Below, in pieces: positions 12,226 through 21,843 of a DNA stretch of 64,000 bases. The stretch covers positions 53,594-117,593 of the forward strand of contig CAKPHG010000004.1 in the NCBI GenBank assembly GCA_934157035.1, written 5' to 3'. Made by a program: the position numbers and the translations under genes. The DNA is from an uncultured Clostridia bacterium. GTDB lineage: Bacteria; Bacillota; Clostridia; TANB77; CAG-508. A model generated the notes under the pieces. The model saw nothing but the letters and a program-made list of their open reading frames with translations. It did no database searches and was not told the DNA's origin. Numbering within the stretch: position 1 is the stretch's first letter; every line of letters starts with the position of its first letter.

Positions 12226-12460
12226 AAAAACTCTATTTCATCCTACATAGGACGAAATAGAGTTTGAACTTTCCGTGATACCACCTAAATTGAAAATAAT
12301 TTGATTTTTATTTTCCACTTATTTTCCTTTAACGCAGAGAATTACGTTTAAACTTAATCTTTTTTCAAATTTCAGTTTAAAAACTAAAAGGTGATAACAA
12401 ATAAAATAGTTCCTACTAGAATTTCACCAAGTATCTAGCTCTCTTAAGGCTTTTTTTATT
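12226..12460 (-). ncRNA. T-box riboswitch leader (probably Ile-specific) with intrinsic terminator
   Basis: Minus strand carries AGAGAG, GGUGAA and AGUAG stem-I-like motifs, then the T-box sequence AAUUUAGGUGGUAUCACGG (plus 12273..12291). Terminator hairpin (plus 12229..12266) followed by UUUUUU. Candidate specifier AUC-A at plus 12393..12395. Confidence 0.55.
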
Positions 12461-12570
12461 TGTGTTGTCCTTATTATTGTTTTTATTCATTATTTAACTG
12501 TTGTATTATATATTAACATCTTTTATACTTTTTTTCAATAGTTTAAATAGAAATATTTTTATTTTTATAT

Positions 12571-13527
12571 CTAAAAACTTCTTGAGCTTCCTCCACCGCC
12601 AGAAGAACCTCCTCCACCAGAGGATCCTCCGCCGCCACTAGAAAATCCTCCAGAAGAGCCACCATAATAGCCACCTCCACCGTAGCCTCGCTTTCCAGAA
12701 AGCCATGACATACCTGAAATAAGCCAAATTGAGTTAAATATTGTAAAGAAACCTGTAGTCATAAGTTGTTTTGATATAAATGATTCAACACCTACCACTT
12801 TTGTTTCTTTAAAAATTAAACTACATGCTATTGCAATAAGTACTATATAGATAATTGCAATTAATCTTATTTTTTTCTTTTCTACTCTTTTTGTTTTCTC
12901 TAAAATGCCTAATATTATTCCAAATGTTAATGATACAAAAGGTGTTCCCATAATTCCTAGAAAAGGCATATTTGAATTACTATCACTTGCTTCTGCTTTT
13001 TCCGCACCCACATCAACATTATATTCGTCAGCAACTATTTGTAATATTGCACTAAACCCATTTCTTATTCCATCATTCCAATTGTTTTGTTTTAAATAAG
13101 GTATAATGTATTCGTCTTGTATTCTTCCTGTTTTTCCATCTGGTAATATTCCTTCTAAACCATAACCTACTTCTACTCTAAATTGTCTCTCTTCTAATGC
13201 AAGTAATAAAAGTACACCATTATTTTTTGTTTTGTCTCCTATTCCAAAATTTCTAAATAATTGTGTTGCATAATCTTCTAATGAACTACCACCTAAACTA
13301 GGAATAGTAACAACTACTATTTGCGCTCCTGTTTGACTATATAAGCTCTTATTAGCATTTATAATATAGTTTTTCGTTTCTGTATTAAGTAATCCTGCAT
13401 AATCATTAACATAGAAATCTGTTGTTGGTTTAACAATAGCAAATACTTTCACATTAAAAACATTTATTAATATAAAAAACATTATTAGTATCTTAACTAA
13501 AACATTTTTTTTATTCGAAACTAACAC
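12571..13527 (-). CDS. TPM-domain (TLP18.3/YgcG-like phosphatase) membrane protein with Gly/Ser-rich C-terminal tail
   Basis: Signal peptide, TPM-like core (YVNDYAGLL...QIVVVT...ALEERQFRVEVGYGLEG), C-terminal TM and GGGGSS repeats. Start uncertain (GTG 13527 after a GGGGG RBS, or ATG 13482); classic partner of LemA. Confidence 0.7.
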   Translation of the reverse strand: MLVSNKKNVLVKILIMFFILINVFNVKVFAIVKPTTDFYVNDYAGLLNTETKNYIINANKSLYSQTGAQIVVVTIPSLGGSSLEDYATQLFRNFGIGDKTKNNGVLLLLALEERQFRVEVGYGLEGILPDGKTGRIQDEYIIPYLKQNNWNDGIRNGFSAILQIVADEYNVDVGAEKAEASDSNSNMPFLGIMGTPFVSLTFGIILGILEKTKRVEKKKIRLIAIIYIVLIAIACSLIFKETKVVGVESFISKQLMTTGFFTIFNSIWLISGMSWLSGKRGYGGGGYYGGSSGGFSSGGGGSSGGGGSSGGGGSSRSF

Positions 13528-14077
13528 TAGGCACCCCCGAACTTTTCTCATCTGCTGCAAAATATGTTGCTTGTTCAAATCCAAACATTCCAGCTAATAC
13601 ATTATTAGGAAATTTTTTTATTGATGTATTTAATGCTTTTACAGAATTATTATAATCTTTTCTTGCAACTGCAATACGATTTTCTGTTCCTGCTAATTCA
13701 TCAGATAATTGTTTAAAATTTTCTGATGACTTTAAATCTGGATAATTTTCTACAACTACCATTAAGGCATCTATTGAGCTAGATAACTCATCGTTAGCAC
13801 TAGATTTTTCTTCTACACTACTTGCATTTACTAATTTTGCTCTTGCTTGTGTTACTTTTTCTATAATTTCATTTTCATGATTTGTATATCCTTTAACCGT
13901 ACTAACTAAATTGGGTATTAAATCTGCTCTTCTTTGTAACATTACATCTAAATCAGCCAAAGAACTTTCTACTGCTTCTTTTTTTGATACCATACCATTA
14001 TAGCTACTTATCATTGTTATACCAATTATTGCTATAACCACTATAACACATATTATTCCAATACTTGATTTTTTCAT
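13511..14077 (-). CDS. lemA: LemA-family protein
   Basis: 188 aa; N-terminal TM, LemA-like sequence throughout. Confidence 0.85.
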   Translation of the reverse strand: MKKSSIGIICVIVVIAIIGITMISSYNGMVSKKEAVESSLADLDVMLQRRADLIPNLVSTVKGYTNHENEIIEKVTQARAKLVNASSVEEKSSANDELSSSIDALMVVVENYPDLKSSENFKQLSDELAGTENRIAVARKDYNNSVKALNTSIKKFPNNVLAGMFGFEQATYFAADEKSSGVPSVSFE

Positions 14078-14123
14078 AATCTTTTTACTCCTTTTCTTTT
14101 ATCTCTTTTGTTTTTCTTCTTGC

Positions 14124-14152
14124 ATTATACTTTTATATTTTTAGACTGTCAA
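14124..14152 (-). promoter_or_regulatory. sigma-A type promoter of lemA operon (TTGACA-17-TATAAT)
   Basis: Minus-strand TTGACA (plus 14147..14152) and TATAAT (plus 14124..14129), 17-nt spacer. Confidence 0.5.
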
Positions 14153-14186
14153 CATTTCTTTTTAAAAACATTAACTTAAAATTTTT

Positions 14187-14957
14187 CTATTTTCCTATGA
14201 ACATCTGAACATAAATTTTACCATACTTAGATCCATTAACTACTCCTATTCCAGTATAGTTAAAGCTACTATTTAGTATATTTGCTTTATGTCCTGAAGA
14301 GTTCATCCATGCTGTTACCGCTGCCGAATTGCTTGAGTTTCCTGCAATATTTTCTCCTGCTGTTTTATATGATACTTTAAAACTATTTAACATATCAAAT
14401 GGAGAACCATAGGTTGGCGATGTATGTGAAAAATAATTATTTTTTACCATATCTTGTGCTTTTATTCTAGCAACATTTTGAACCTCTGAGTTTATTTTCA
14501 AAGCAGATAATCCATTTTTAGTTCTTTGTTCATTTATTAAATTAAACACCTCTAATTCATCTTTGGTTAATCCTGATGTATTTGTCGTTGTATTACTACT
14601 ACCACCAGTTGAGTTTCCACTGCTTGAGCTTCCTCCACTATTTGGATAAACTGCTTTTACATATTGTTTGCTTACTGCTCCTACATAATCTCCTTCTACT
14701 TGTACAATGTACCAATTTCCAACGCCTGCAAAAACTCGTATGTATTCGTTTTTATTTACTTTTGCCACGACCGGATAACTGGTTCCTGGTCCACTTCTAA
14801 CATTTAAACTGCTTGCTGTAACTATTCCAGTAGAAAAGTCTAATTTATAGTAATGTTGCATTCCAAATGAAATTGTGACTTTCGTAATTGTAAAAGTAAA
14901 AACAAACAATAATAGTATTTTTAAAATTGTACTTTTCTTTATTTTAACAACTTTCAT
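14187..14957 (-). CDS. secreted SH3b-domain + CAP/SCP (PR-1-like) domain protein
   Basis: Signal peptide; SH3b-like segment (NVRSGPGTSYPVV...NWYIV); Ser/Gly/Thr linker; C-terminal CAP domain (YkwD-like). Confidence 0.75.
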   Translation of the reverse strand: MKVVKIKKSTILKILLLFVFTFTITKVTISFGMQHYYKLDFSTGIVTASSLNVRSGPGTSYPVVAKVNKNEYIRVFAGVGNWYIVQVEGDYVGAVSKQYVKAVYPNSGGSSSSGNSTGGSSNTTTNTSGLTKDELEVFNLINEQRTKNGLSALKINSEVQNVARIKAQDMVKNNYFSHTSPTYGSPFDMLNSFKVSYKTAGENIAGNSSNSAAVTAWMNSSGHKANILNSSFNYTGIGVVNGSKYGKIYVQMFIGK

Positions 14958-15036
14958 AAAACCTCCTAAACATTTTTATTTAATTTTATTATGCTTAGAA
15001 TGTCCTTTATTACTATAAATACCACATTTTGATATA

Positions 15037-15069
15037 CTAAACTAATAGGGACTGTCCCTATTAGTTTAG
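15037..15069. repeat. 33-nt perfect palindrome, collapsed copy of the GGGAC-core inverted-repeat element
   Basis: CTAAACTAATAGGGAC-T-GTCCCTATTAGTTTAG; halves match the terminal repeats at 35332..35364 and 35412..35444. Confidence 0.8.
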
Positions 15070-15111
15070 CAGTATTATGTAAAGAACAAGAATGACCTAT
15101 TTAAAAATGTC

Positions 15112-15143
15112 CTAAACTAAAACGGCCCGTCCCTATTAGTTTA
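15112..15143. repeat. solo copy of the GGGAC-core element; its end overlaps the stop codon of ABC gene 15141..17609
   Basis: CTAAACTAAAACGGCCCGTCCCTATTAGTTTA, one substitution relative to 35412..35444. Confidence 0.8.
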
Positions 15144-17609
15144 CTCTAAATCGTGTCTTGATAATATTTGTGCTGGCGTTTTTCTTAATACTCTGAATAG
15201 TGGCAATAATCCCACTATAATATTAAATGCATATATTAACAATATACTTAGTCCTATTACTTGGAAGTTTATTATAAACATTTTTGATAATTGTCTTATT
15301 TGAATTAGACAATTTAGTATATAACTCATAAATATTATTCCAAGCATACTAACAGATATTGTTATTGCTATAGTTTCTCCTACAAACATTTTGTAAATGT
15401 CGCTTTTCTTTACTCCTATTGCTCTCAAAATTCCAACTTCTTTTATTCTAGATAAGAATGATGATCTCATCATTAAATATATTTCTACTAATGATATTAC
15501 AAGTATTATTCCTGCAAATATAATTGCACTTTTTCTTGAAGAACTTTGTTCTTTTAAATATGCTTTTTTATCATTTTGATATGTATTTTCTACAAACAAA
15601 TTATATTTTTCGTCAAATTCACTAATTACTTTTTCTTCATCTTTTGGATAAATAACAAGGTTTTGACTTTCTGTTATTAATTTGTATTTAGCAGTGTTTT
15701 CATTTACTAAGTAGCTATTATCATTTGTTTCTGAGTCATAATATCCTACAACTGTGAGTTCTGTTCCATTTATTGTTGTCTTTATTTTTTTGTTTAATTT
15801 CATACTATATTGATTGCTTATATTTACAATTACTTCATAGTCGTTTTCTGGTAGTCTTCCCTTTTTTAGCGTAATTGTGTCTAATTTTAGCTCATAATTT
15901 ACTATATTTTCTTGTGATTTTTCCTGCTCACTATTATCTATTACTATTCCTGTCATATTATCAGATTTGTTGGTATTGCATAATATGTTGTTAAAAATAG
16001 TCTCCTTTGTATATATAGATGGGCTCTTTAAGTCTACTATTCCTACTATTTCAAAATTTTTCATATTTGGAATTGATACTTTTTTGCCTAATAGTTGACT
16101 TGCATTTTTTATTCCAGCATGTGATATTCCACTATTTGAATTTATCATTTTATCAACTGTCATTTTATCTATTACTATTTCGTATTCATTTTTTGGAAGT
16201 CTTCCTTCTGTAATGTCACTTTCGCTTAACATATTTACTGTTGAAAGTGATCCTGCAAGTTCTCCATCTAGTTTGCTTGTTTGATAATATTCATCAAATT
16301 TTATTGCAAATGAGACACTACTATTTCCTGGTAAAATATAATTTACATTTTCGTTTTGCTCATATTCTAAGAATTGGTCTACATTTAATCTTGGAAGTTT
16401 TACTTCTAAATAATTTTTGTTTCTGCTAATAAAATCTTCATCTTTTGTATTTAATGTTCCTGCAATATTACTAATTGCATATAGAACAAACATTGCAGAT
16501 ACAAAAAATCCTATTAATAAAATCTTCTTTAATACTGAATAACTTAATATCTTTTTAAATCCATTTACTATTGACCTTGGTATACTGTAAATAGAGCTAT
16601 ATTTAGGTTTTATACTTTTATCTGTTATTTTATCTAAGTTATAATTATATTGTTCAAATATTGTCTTATCTATTTTTTTATAATGGTCATCTACTAGTTC
16701 TACAACTGAACTTTCATCTATAACTTCTACTTTTTTATCATTTGATTTAATATATATATTTCCGTTTTTTATTACAATTTGTATATTTAAAGAATCTTCA
16801 TTTTCTTTATATATATTTAAATTTATGTTGTCTTTTTTAATTTCTTCAATTTTCTCAAAATCTTTTAAATATATTTTATTATCTAGTCTGTAGTCTAAGT
16901 CTTTTTCTTCTGTATTTTCGTAGTCTTTTTCTACTTTTCCGTCTACTATTTCTATTATTCTTGAAGCATAAAATTTAGCAAGTTCAACCTCATGTGTTAC
17001 TAAAATGACTAGTTTATCTTTTGAAATTGCTTTTATTATATTCATTATTTCTAATGAATTTTTACTGTCTAAGTTTCCTGTTGGCTCATCTGCTATAATA
17101 ATATTTGGATTTTTTACTATTGCTCTTGCTATACCAACTCTTTGTCTTTCTCCTCCTGAAAGCATACTTGCAAGTCTATTTCTATAACGATACATATTTA
17201 CACTTTCTAATACATAGTCTACTCTCTTTTTTATTTCGTTTTTATCTTTTATTCCTATCATTTTTAGTGTAATTGCAATATTTTCGAAAACTGTCATATT
17301 ATCTAGTAATTTGTAATCTTGAAATATATAACCTATATTTAAGTTTCTTATTTTATCAACTTTGTGGCTTGTTCTTCTAGTTATTTTTTGCCCATTAATA
17401 TAGATTTTGCCTTTATTTATTTTATCTAATCCGCCTATACTATTTAAAAGTGTAGTCTTTCCGCTTCCAGAATGTCCAAGTAAGGCAACTAATCCAGTTT
17501 TACCAAATTCAAGTGTTGTGTTATTTATAACATGAATTTGATTTTTCTTTCCTTTATTAAAATATTTATTTGCTTTTTCTATTTTTATCATTGCCTTACA
17601 CCTCCTCAT
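15141..17609 (-). CDS. ABC transporter, fused ATP-binding domain + FtsX/MacB-type permease
   Basis: Walker A GHSGSGKTT, signature LSGGERQRVGIARA, large extracytoplasmic domain, C-terminal FtsX-like 4-TM bundle. Confidence 0.85.
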   Translation of the reverse strand: MRRCKAMIKIEKANKYFNKGKKNQIHVINNTTLEFGKTGLVALLGHSGSGKTTLLNSIGGLDKINKGKIYINGQKITRRTSHKVDKIRNLNIGYIFQDYKLLDNMTVFENIAITLKMIGIKDKNEIKKRVDYVLESVNMYRYRNRLASMLSGGERQRVGIARAIVKNPNIIIADEPTGNLDSKNSLEIMNIIKAISKDKLVILVTHEVELAKFYASRIIEIVDGKVEKDYENTEEKDLDYRLDNKIYLKDFEKIEEIKKDNINLNIYKENEDSLNIQIVIKNGNIYIKSNDKKVEVIDESSVVELVDDHYKKIDKTIFEQYNYNLDKITDKSIKPKYSSIYSIPRSIVNGFKKILSYSVLKKILLIGFFVSAMFVLYAISNIAGTLNTKDEDFISRNKNYLEVKLPRLNVDQFLEYEQNENVNYILPGNSSVSFAIKFDEYYQTSKLDGELAGSLSTVNMLSESDITEGRLPKNEYEIVIDKMTVDKMINSNSGISHAGIKNASQLLGKKVSIPNMKNFEIVGIVDLKSPSIYTKETIFNNILCNTNKSDNMTGIVIDNSEQEKSQENIVNYELKLDTITLKKGRLPENDYEVIVNISNQYSMKLNKKIKTTINGTELTVVGYYDSETNDNSYLVNENTAKYKLITESQNLVIYPKDEEKVISEFDEKYNLFVENTYQNDKKAYLKEQSSSRKSAIIFAGIILVISLVEIYLMMRSSFLSRIKEVGILRAIGVKKSDIYKMFVGETIAITISVSMLGIIFMSYILNCLIQIRQLSKMFIINFQVIGLSILLIYAFNIIVGLLPLFRVLRKTPAQILSRHDLE

Positions 17610-19833
17610 TATATGTCTTTATTGCAGATTTTTTGAAGATTTTTCTAGAAACTCTTCTTGATATTAATATAGACATTATAATTAAAATAGCGTACATAAC
17701 AATGTATTCTCTTAAGCTTAAAAATTCTATTAATTCTTGTACAAATGCTACATTTACAATTTTATATTGGTTAAGTAATATGAATACTATACAAGTTAGA
17801 TATGCTAAGCTTGAATTTATAAATAATTCTATATCTAGTATTTTTTTAACATTTTTTGTAGTTGCTCCAAGCATTCTTAATGTTGTAAAGTATACATTTC
17901 TAGATTTTAATATAATTCTTATAATAAAGTAAGAAATAAAGAATAGTGCAAAAATTAATACACTTGTTATTACTACTTTAAATATTTTTATAACTTGCAA
18001 CATTTCTTGTCCTTCAAGTATTTTGAATTCTTTTATTGGTTTTCCTATTACTCCTATTTTTTGTAAATTGTTTATTGTTTCTTGCATCTTTTCATTATCT
18101 GCATCTTTTACAAAAATTGATGATTGATAAGGCTCTTTGTTAAATAGACTTATATACTCATCTTCATTCACAAACACAGCACCTTTATATTGTTCATATT
18201 CTTTATAACCTGTTAACCTTGTAAATGAATTTTTAGTATATGTACTAGATACTTTTAAATTTAATTCATCACTATAATAGATATTTTCTACTTCTATTTT
18301 TAAATCTTTGCCTCTTGCTCTATTATTTGAACATAAATAATTTACTTCGTCACTAACTACAGCGTTTCCTTTACTTACTCTATTACTTGGCATAATCCTA
18401 AAGTATGAATTCCATTGTTCAGATTTATAATATTTTCCTTCAAATAAAGTTTTTATATTGCTATAATTTTGATTTACATCTTTTCTTAAATTATTTAGTA
18501 CTGTATTGCTTGCATAAAATGTTGTATCCATTCCATAATAAAACATGTTGTTTTGCTTATATACTTCTACTCCAACTATCCTTAATTTAAAGTCTTTTTC
18601 TCCATTTCCATAATTATCTCTTATTGTGAAATCTTTTTCTAGTATACTATCTGCTCCATCCCTTATATAGTAATAGTCATCTGGAATTTTTATAATAATT
18701 TCATAATCCTCTTCTGGCATTCTTCCTGCTGTTAATGTACCTTTAAATCTTTCATAACTAGTCACTTTTCCATAAAAATACATATCATCACATTGCATGT
18801 TTATGGTAGTATCTAAAAGTAAGTCATCTTTTTCTATGTAGTCTACATTTTCTATTTTTCGTATATTTTCGTAATCTTCTTGTGTAAAATACATATTATC
18901 TGCCTTTTTTAATATTATTCTATTTTCTGATAAATCTCTAAAATAATAGTTATAACCTGCTTTTCCTGCCTCATATTCTGTTTGTTTAAAACTTGCATAT
19001 TCGCTAAGTAGTGCTGCTGTTATAAATAAAAATACAGCAAATAAAAGTAAGAATTTAGGAAGTATGTTAAAAGTATTTCTTATTCCTAGTCTTAACCTAT
19101 TACCAACAGTTATTTTTGTATATTTACTTTCTTCTACTTTTTCTGGTTCTTCAATATGTTTTATTTCTTTATTTTCTATAATTTTACCATCATGCATTTT
19201 TATAATTCTTGTAGCATAATCTTGTATTTGTTCTATGTTGTGAGTTACAACTATTACAAGTCTGTCTTTTGCAACTTTTTTAAGAAGTTCTATTACATCT
19301 TTAGCTGAATTTGCATCTAAATTTCCTGTTGGTTCATCTGCTACAATAATTGGTGTTTCTTTTACCATTGCTCTTGCTATCGCTACTCTTTGCTTTTGAC
19401 CACCTGATAATTTAGAAACTTTTGTATTTTTAAATTCAGTAAGACCAACTTTTTCTATCATATCTAATACTTTTTGCTTTACTTGTTTCTTTTTATAACC
19501 ATTTAGTAAAAGCACTAATTCTACATTTTGATATACAGTATAACTATTTATTAAATTAAAACTTTGAAAAATGTTTGCTATGTATTTTCTTCTATAGTCT
19601 TCAAAATCTTTTTCTGTATAATGGCTAGTCTCTTTGCCATTTATATACATTTCGCCTTCTTCATAGCTATCTAAACCTGAAAGTACATTTAAAAGAGTAC
19701 TTTTTCCACTACCAGACTCTCCAGTAATAGCAACAAATTCTCCTATTTTTAATTCTAGGTTTATTTTTGTAAAACCTGTTGAAATCATACCCTTGTTATA
19801 GTAAAACTTCGATACATCTTTTAACTTTAACAT
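17596..19833 (-). CDS. ABC transporter, fused ATP-binding domain + FtsX/MacB-type permease (tandem paralog)
   Basis: Walker A GESGSGKST, LSGGQKQRVAIARA, FtsX-like C-terminus; overlaps downstream gene by 14 nt (operon). Confidence 0.85.
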   Translation of the reverse strand: MLKLKDVSKFYYNKGMISTGFTKINLELKIGEFVAITGESGSGKSTLLNVLSGLDSYEEGEMYINGKETSHYTEKDFEDYRRKYIANIFQSFNLINSYTVYQNVELVLLLNGYKKKQVKQKVLDMIEKVGLTEFKNTKVSKLSGGQKQRVAIARAMVKETPIIVADEPTGNLDANSAKDVIELLKKVAKDRLVIVVTHNIEQIQDYATRIIKMHDGKIIENKEIKHIEEPEKVEESKYTKITVGNRLRLGIRNTFNILPKFLLLFAVFLFITAALLSEYASFKQTEYEAGKAGYNYYFRDLSENRIILKKADNMYFTQEDYENIRKIENVDYIEKDDLLLDTTINMQCDDMYFYGKVTSYERFKGTLTAGRMPEEDYEIIIKIPDDYYYIRDGADSILEKDFTIRDNYGNGEKDFKLRIVGVEVYKQNNMFYYGMDTTFYASNTVLNNLRKDVNQNYSNIKTLFEGKYYKSEQWNSYFRIMPSNRVSKGNAVVSDEVNYLCSNNRARGKDLKIEVENIYYSDELNLKVSSTYTKNSFTRLTGYKEYEQYKGAVFVNEDEYISLFNKEPYQSSIFVKDADNEKMQETINNLQKIGVIGKPIKEFKILEGQEMLQVIKIFKVVITSVLIFALFFISYFIIRIILKSRNVYFTTLRMLGATTKNVKKILDIELFINSSLAYLTCIVFILLNQYKIVNVAFVQELIEFLSLREYIVMYAILIIMSILISRRVSRKIFKKSAIKTYNEEV

Positions 19834-19851
19834 ATTTTCCTCCTTTGTTTC

Positions 19852-20187
19852 TTACATTCTTTTATATTTTTCACATTCTAATCTTTCATAGAATATATCT
19901 TCTAAATTTATTTGTTTTTGTATTAACTTTTCCTTTTGTTCTTTTTTTAGAGTTTTTATTGCATATTCAAGTTTAGATGCCAATTTTTTATCTTCAGTTT
20001 GCCATGATGCTTCAAGCTTTTTTGCCTTATGACTTTTTGTATATTTAGCACACTTTTCATCTTTAGAGAAATGCTCATTCATTCTTTTTTCTAAATCTTT
20101 GGCTATTCCAGTATATATTGAATTATCCTCACATCTTAACATATACACGTAATACATAGATTTTTCCTCCGTGACCATTTGAACCAT
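19852..20187 (-). CDS. GIY-YIG nuclease-family small protein (UPF0213-like)
   Basis: MYYVYMLRCEDNSIYTGIAKDLEKR = GIY-YIG motif. Confidence 0.8.
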   Translation of the reverse strand: MVQMVTEEKSMYYVYMLRCEDNSIYTGIAKDLEKRMNEHFSKDEKCAKYTKSHKAKKLEASWQTEDKKLASKLEYAIKTLKKEQKEKLIQKQINLEDIFYERLECEKYKRM

Positions 20188-20190
20188 TTT

Positions 20191-21021
20191 TTATTTTCCT
20201 ATGAAATTGATTTTAATATTTCCGACTCCTCCGTCTATATTTATTTTATTTTCTCCATTTCCCACTACTTTGTTATCTGAAATTTTCTCTTTATCTATAG
20301 TAACTTTTCCTAAACCTTTATTTATCTTTGTTGTGTATTCTTCTTTAATTCCAACTACATCTAATTTTAAGTTTCCTACTCCTGTGCCAATTCTAGTATT
20401 TCCTATTAATTTAGCTGAAATTTCAGTAGCTCCTATACCTAAATCACATTTTAGGTCAGTTATTTTTGAAGAATCTATTATAACTTTTCCTGCACCAGTA
20501 TCTATTTTGGCACTTTCAGTAATATTAATGTTTTTCATAGAAGTTTCACCAGCTCCTAAATCCATTTTTAATACTTTAGTGTTTAAAATTTCTATGTTTA
20601 CTTTTCCTGCTCCTGTATTAATATTTACACTGTCAAATTGTAAATTTTCTGGAACATATACAATCAATTCTTCTTTTTTATTATTGTTAAAAAACCAATT
20701 GTTGTCCTTTTCTTTTATTTGAATTTTTTTCTTATCTTGTTTACATTGAATATCCTTATTGCTTGATTCTACTTTTAAATGTTCTCCTTTTCTTATTGTT
20801 AAATTAGAATAAGCTATGTCTATATCTAAGAATGCTATGTTATCGTTTTCAATATTTGATGAAGTTTCAATTACATTATTACTATCACTGTTATTTTTTC
20901 CTATTTTTAATGTTAATGGTATGCTACTTACAACTCTTACTATTGTTGCAATAATTCCTACTATTAACGCTATTGCAAGTGCTATAGCTAAATATTTTAT
21001 TATTTTTTGTACTATTGACAT
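20191..21021 (-). CDS. DUF4097-family putative adhesin-like beta-repeat protein (LiaF-partner type)
   Basis: N-terminal TM then repeated TGAGKV/GVGN beta-strand repeats. Start placed at the internal ATG (21021) preceded by a GGGGGTG RBS. Confidence 0.6.
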   Translation of the reverse strand: MSIVQKIIKYLAIALAIALIVGIIATIVRVVSSIPLTLKIGKNNSDSNNVIETSSNIENDNIAFLDIDIAYSNLTIRKGEHLKVESSNKDIQCKQDKKKIQIKEKDNNWFFNNNKKEELIVYVPENLQFDSVNINTGAGKVNIEILNTKVLKMDLGAGETSMKNINITESAKIDTGAGKVIIDSSKITDLKCDLGIGATEISAKLIGNTRIGTGVGNLKLDVVGIKEEYTTKINKGLGKVTIDKEKISDNKVVGNGENKINIDGGVGNIKINFIGK

Positions 21022-21701
21022 TTTATATCTACACCCCCGAATATACATGTTGCATTTATATATATAATATGTCCTTCTGGATTTTCTTTATAGTTTTTCT
21101 TATCTGTTACTCCTCCAAATATTGAAGATGATTTGATTTTTACATTGCAGTTTTCTGGTACATATATTTCAACTCCACCAAATATTCCTGTTGCATTAAT
21201 TACTACATCTTGATTTATTATTGCATTTTTTATATCACATTTAACTCCTCCAAATACAGCCGTTAAATCTGCTCCTTTAAATTCTTGGTTTTCAAACTTA
21301 ACATCTTGTCCTGAAAAAGTTGCACAATATTCGTTATCTTTTGTCATATTCTTATTTAATTTTTTGATTTCACTATTTATTTTACTATTAAATGTATCTT
21401 TAAAAATAAGTGATAGTCCAATTACTACTAATATTACTGGAAGTGCTAATTTCCAGATTGTATCAAAATTTAATACATCTTGGCATCCTAATAGTAAAGC
21501 AATTCCTATTAATAGGCCTATTATATTTCCTGTTTTTTCTCTTTCTTTAAATAATCCTATAAAACATGGAATAATTATAAATAAAGTCCACCATCCGTCA
21601 AAAAATATATTTATATTTGTTATTCCTAAAGCGTTTCCTCCTATAATTAATCCTATTCCTATTAATACTATTCCCCATAGTATATTTCCAAAATTTTTCA
21701 T
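21012..21701 (-). CDS. LiaF-like cell-wall-active antibiotic response protein (DUF2154)
   Basis: N-terminal TM helices, C-terminal FGGV repeats characteristic of LiaF-type proteins. Confidence 0.7.
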   Translation of the reverse strand: MKNFGNILWGIVLIGIGLIIGGNALGITNINIFFDGWWTLFIIIPCFIGLFKEREKTGNIIGLLIGIALLLGCQDVLNFDTIWKLALPVILVVIGLSLIFKDTFNSKINSEIKKLNKNMTKDNEYCATFSGQDVKFENQEFKGADLTAVFGGVKCDIKNAIINQDVVINATGIFGGVEIYVPENCNVKIKSSSIFGGVTDKKNYKENPEGHIIYINATCIFGGVDIKCQ

Positions 21702-21843
21702 TTTTTCTTTCCCCTTTTACTCTTTTTATTATTATATTAGCTATTCTTATAAATAGTAATTAATTATTTTATAACATAAAAGCAGATAATTATCAATTAT
21801 CTGCTCTTATATTTTTTCTTTTTTTTTATAATTCAAAACATTT

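Noticed and set aside
12040-12260. Two overlapping 60-aa ORFs on opposite strands (12040..12222 -, 12075..12260 +) sharing CEPKGTFLFGSS and QMNRKETSPSAH peptides
   Set aside because: They are mirror images generated by the 35-bp perfect inverted repeat; there is no RBS, and the region sits inside a structured leader.
13525-21045. Shared TTCGGGGGTG motif just upstream of the internal starts of the TPM gene (13531..13540) and DUF4097 gene (21031..21040)
   Set aside because: Most simply explained as similar G-rich RBSs in overlapping gene junctions; two occurrences are insufficient to call a motif.
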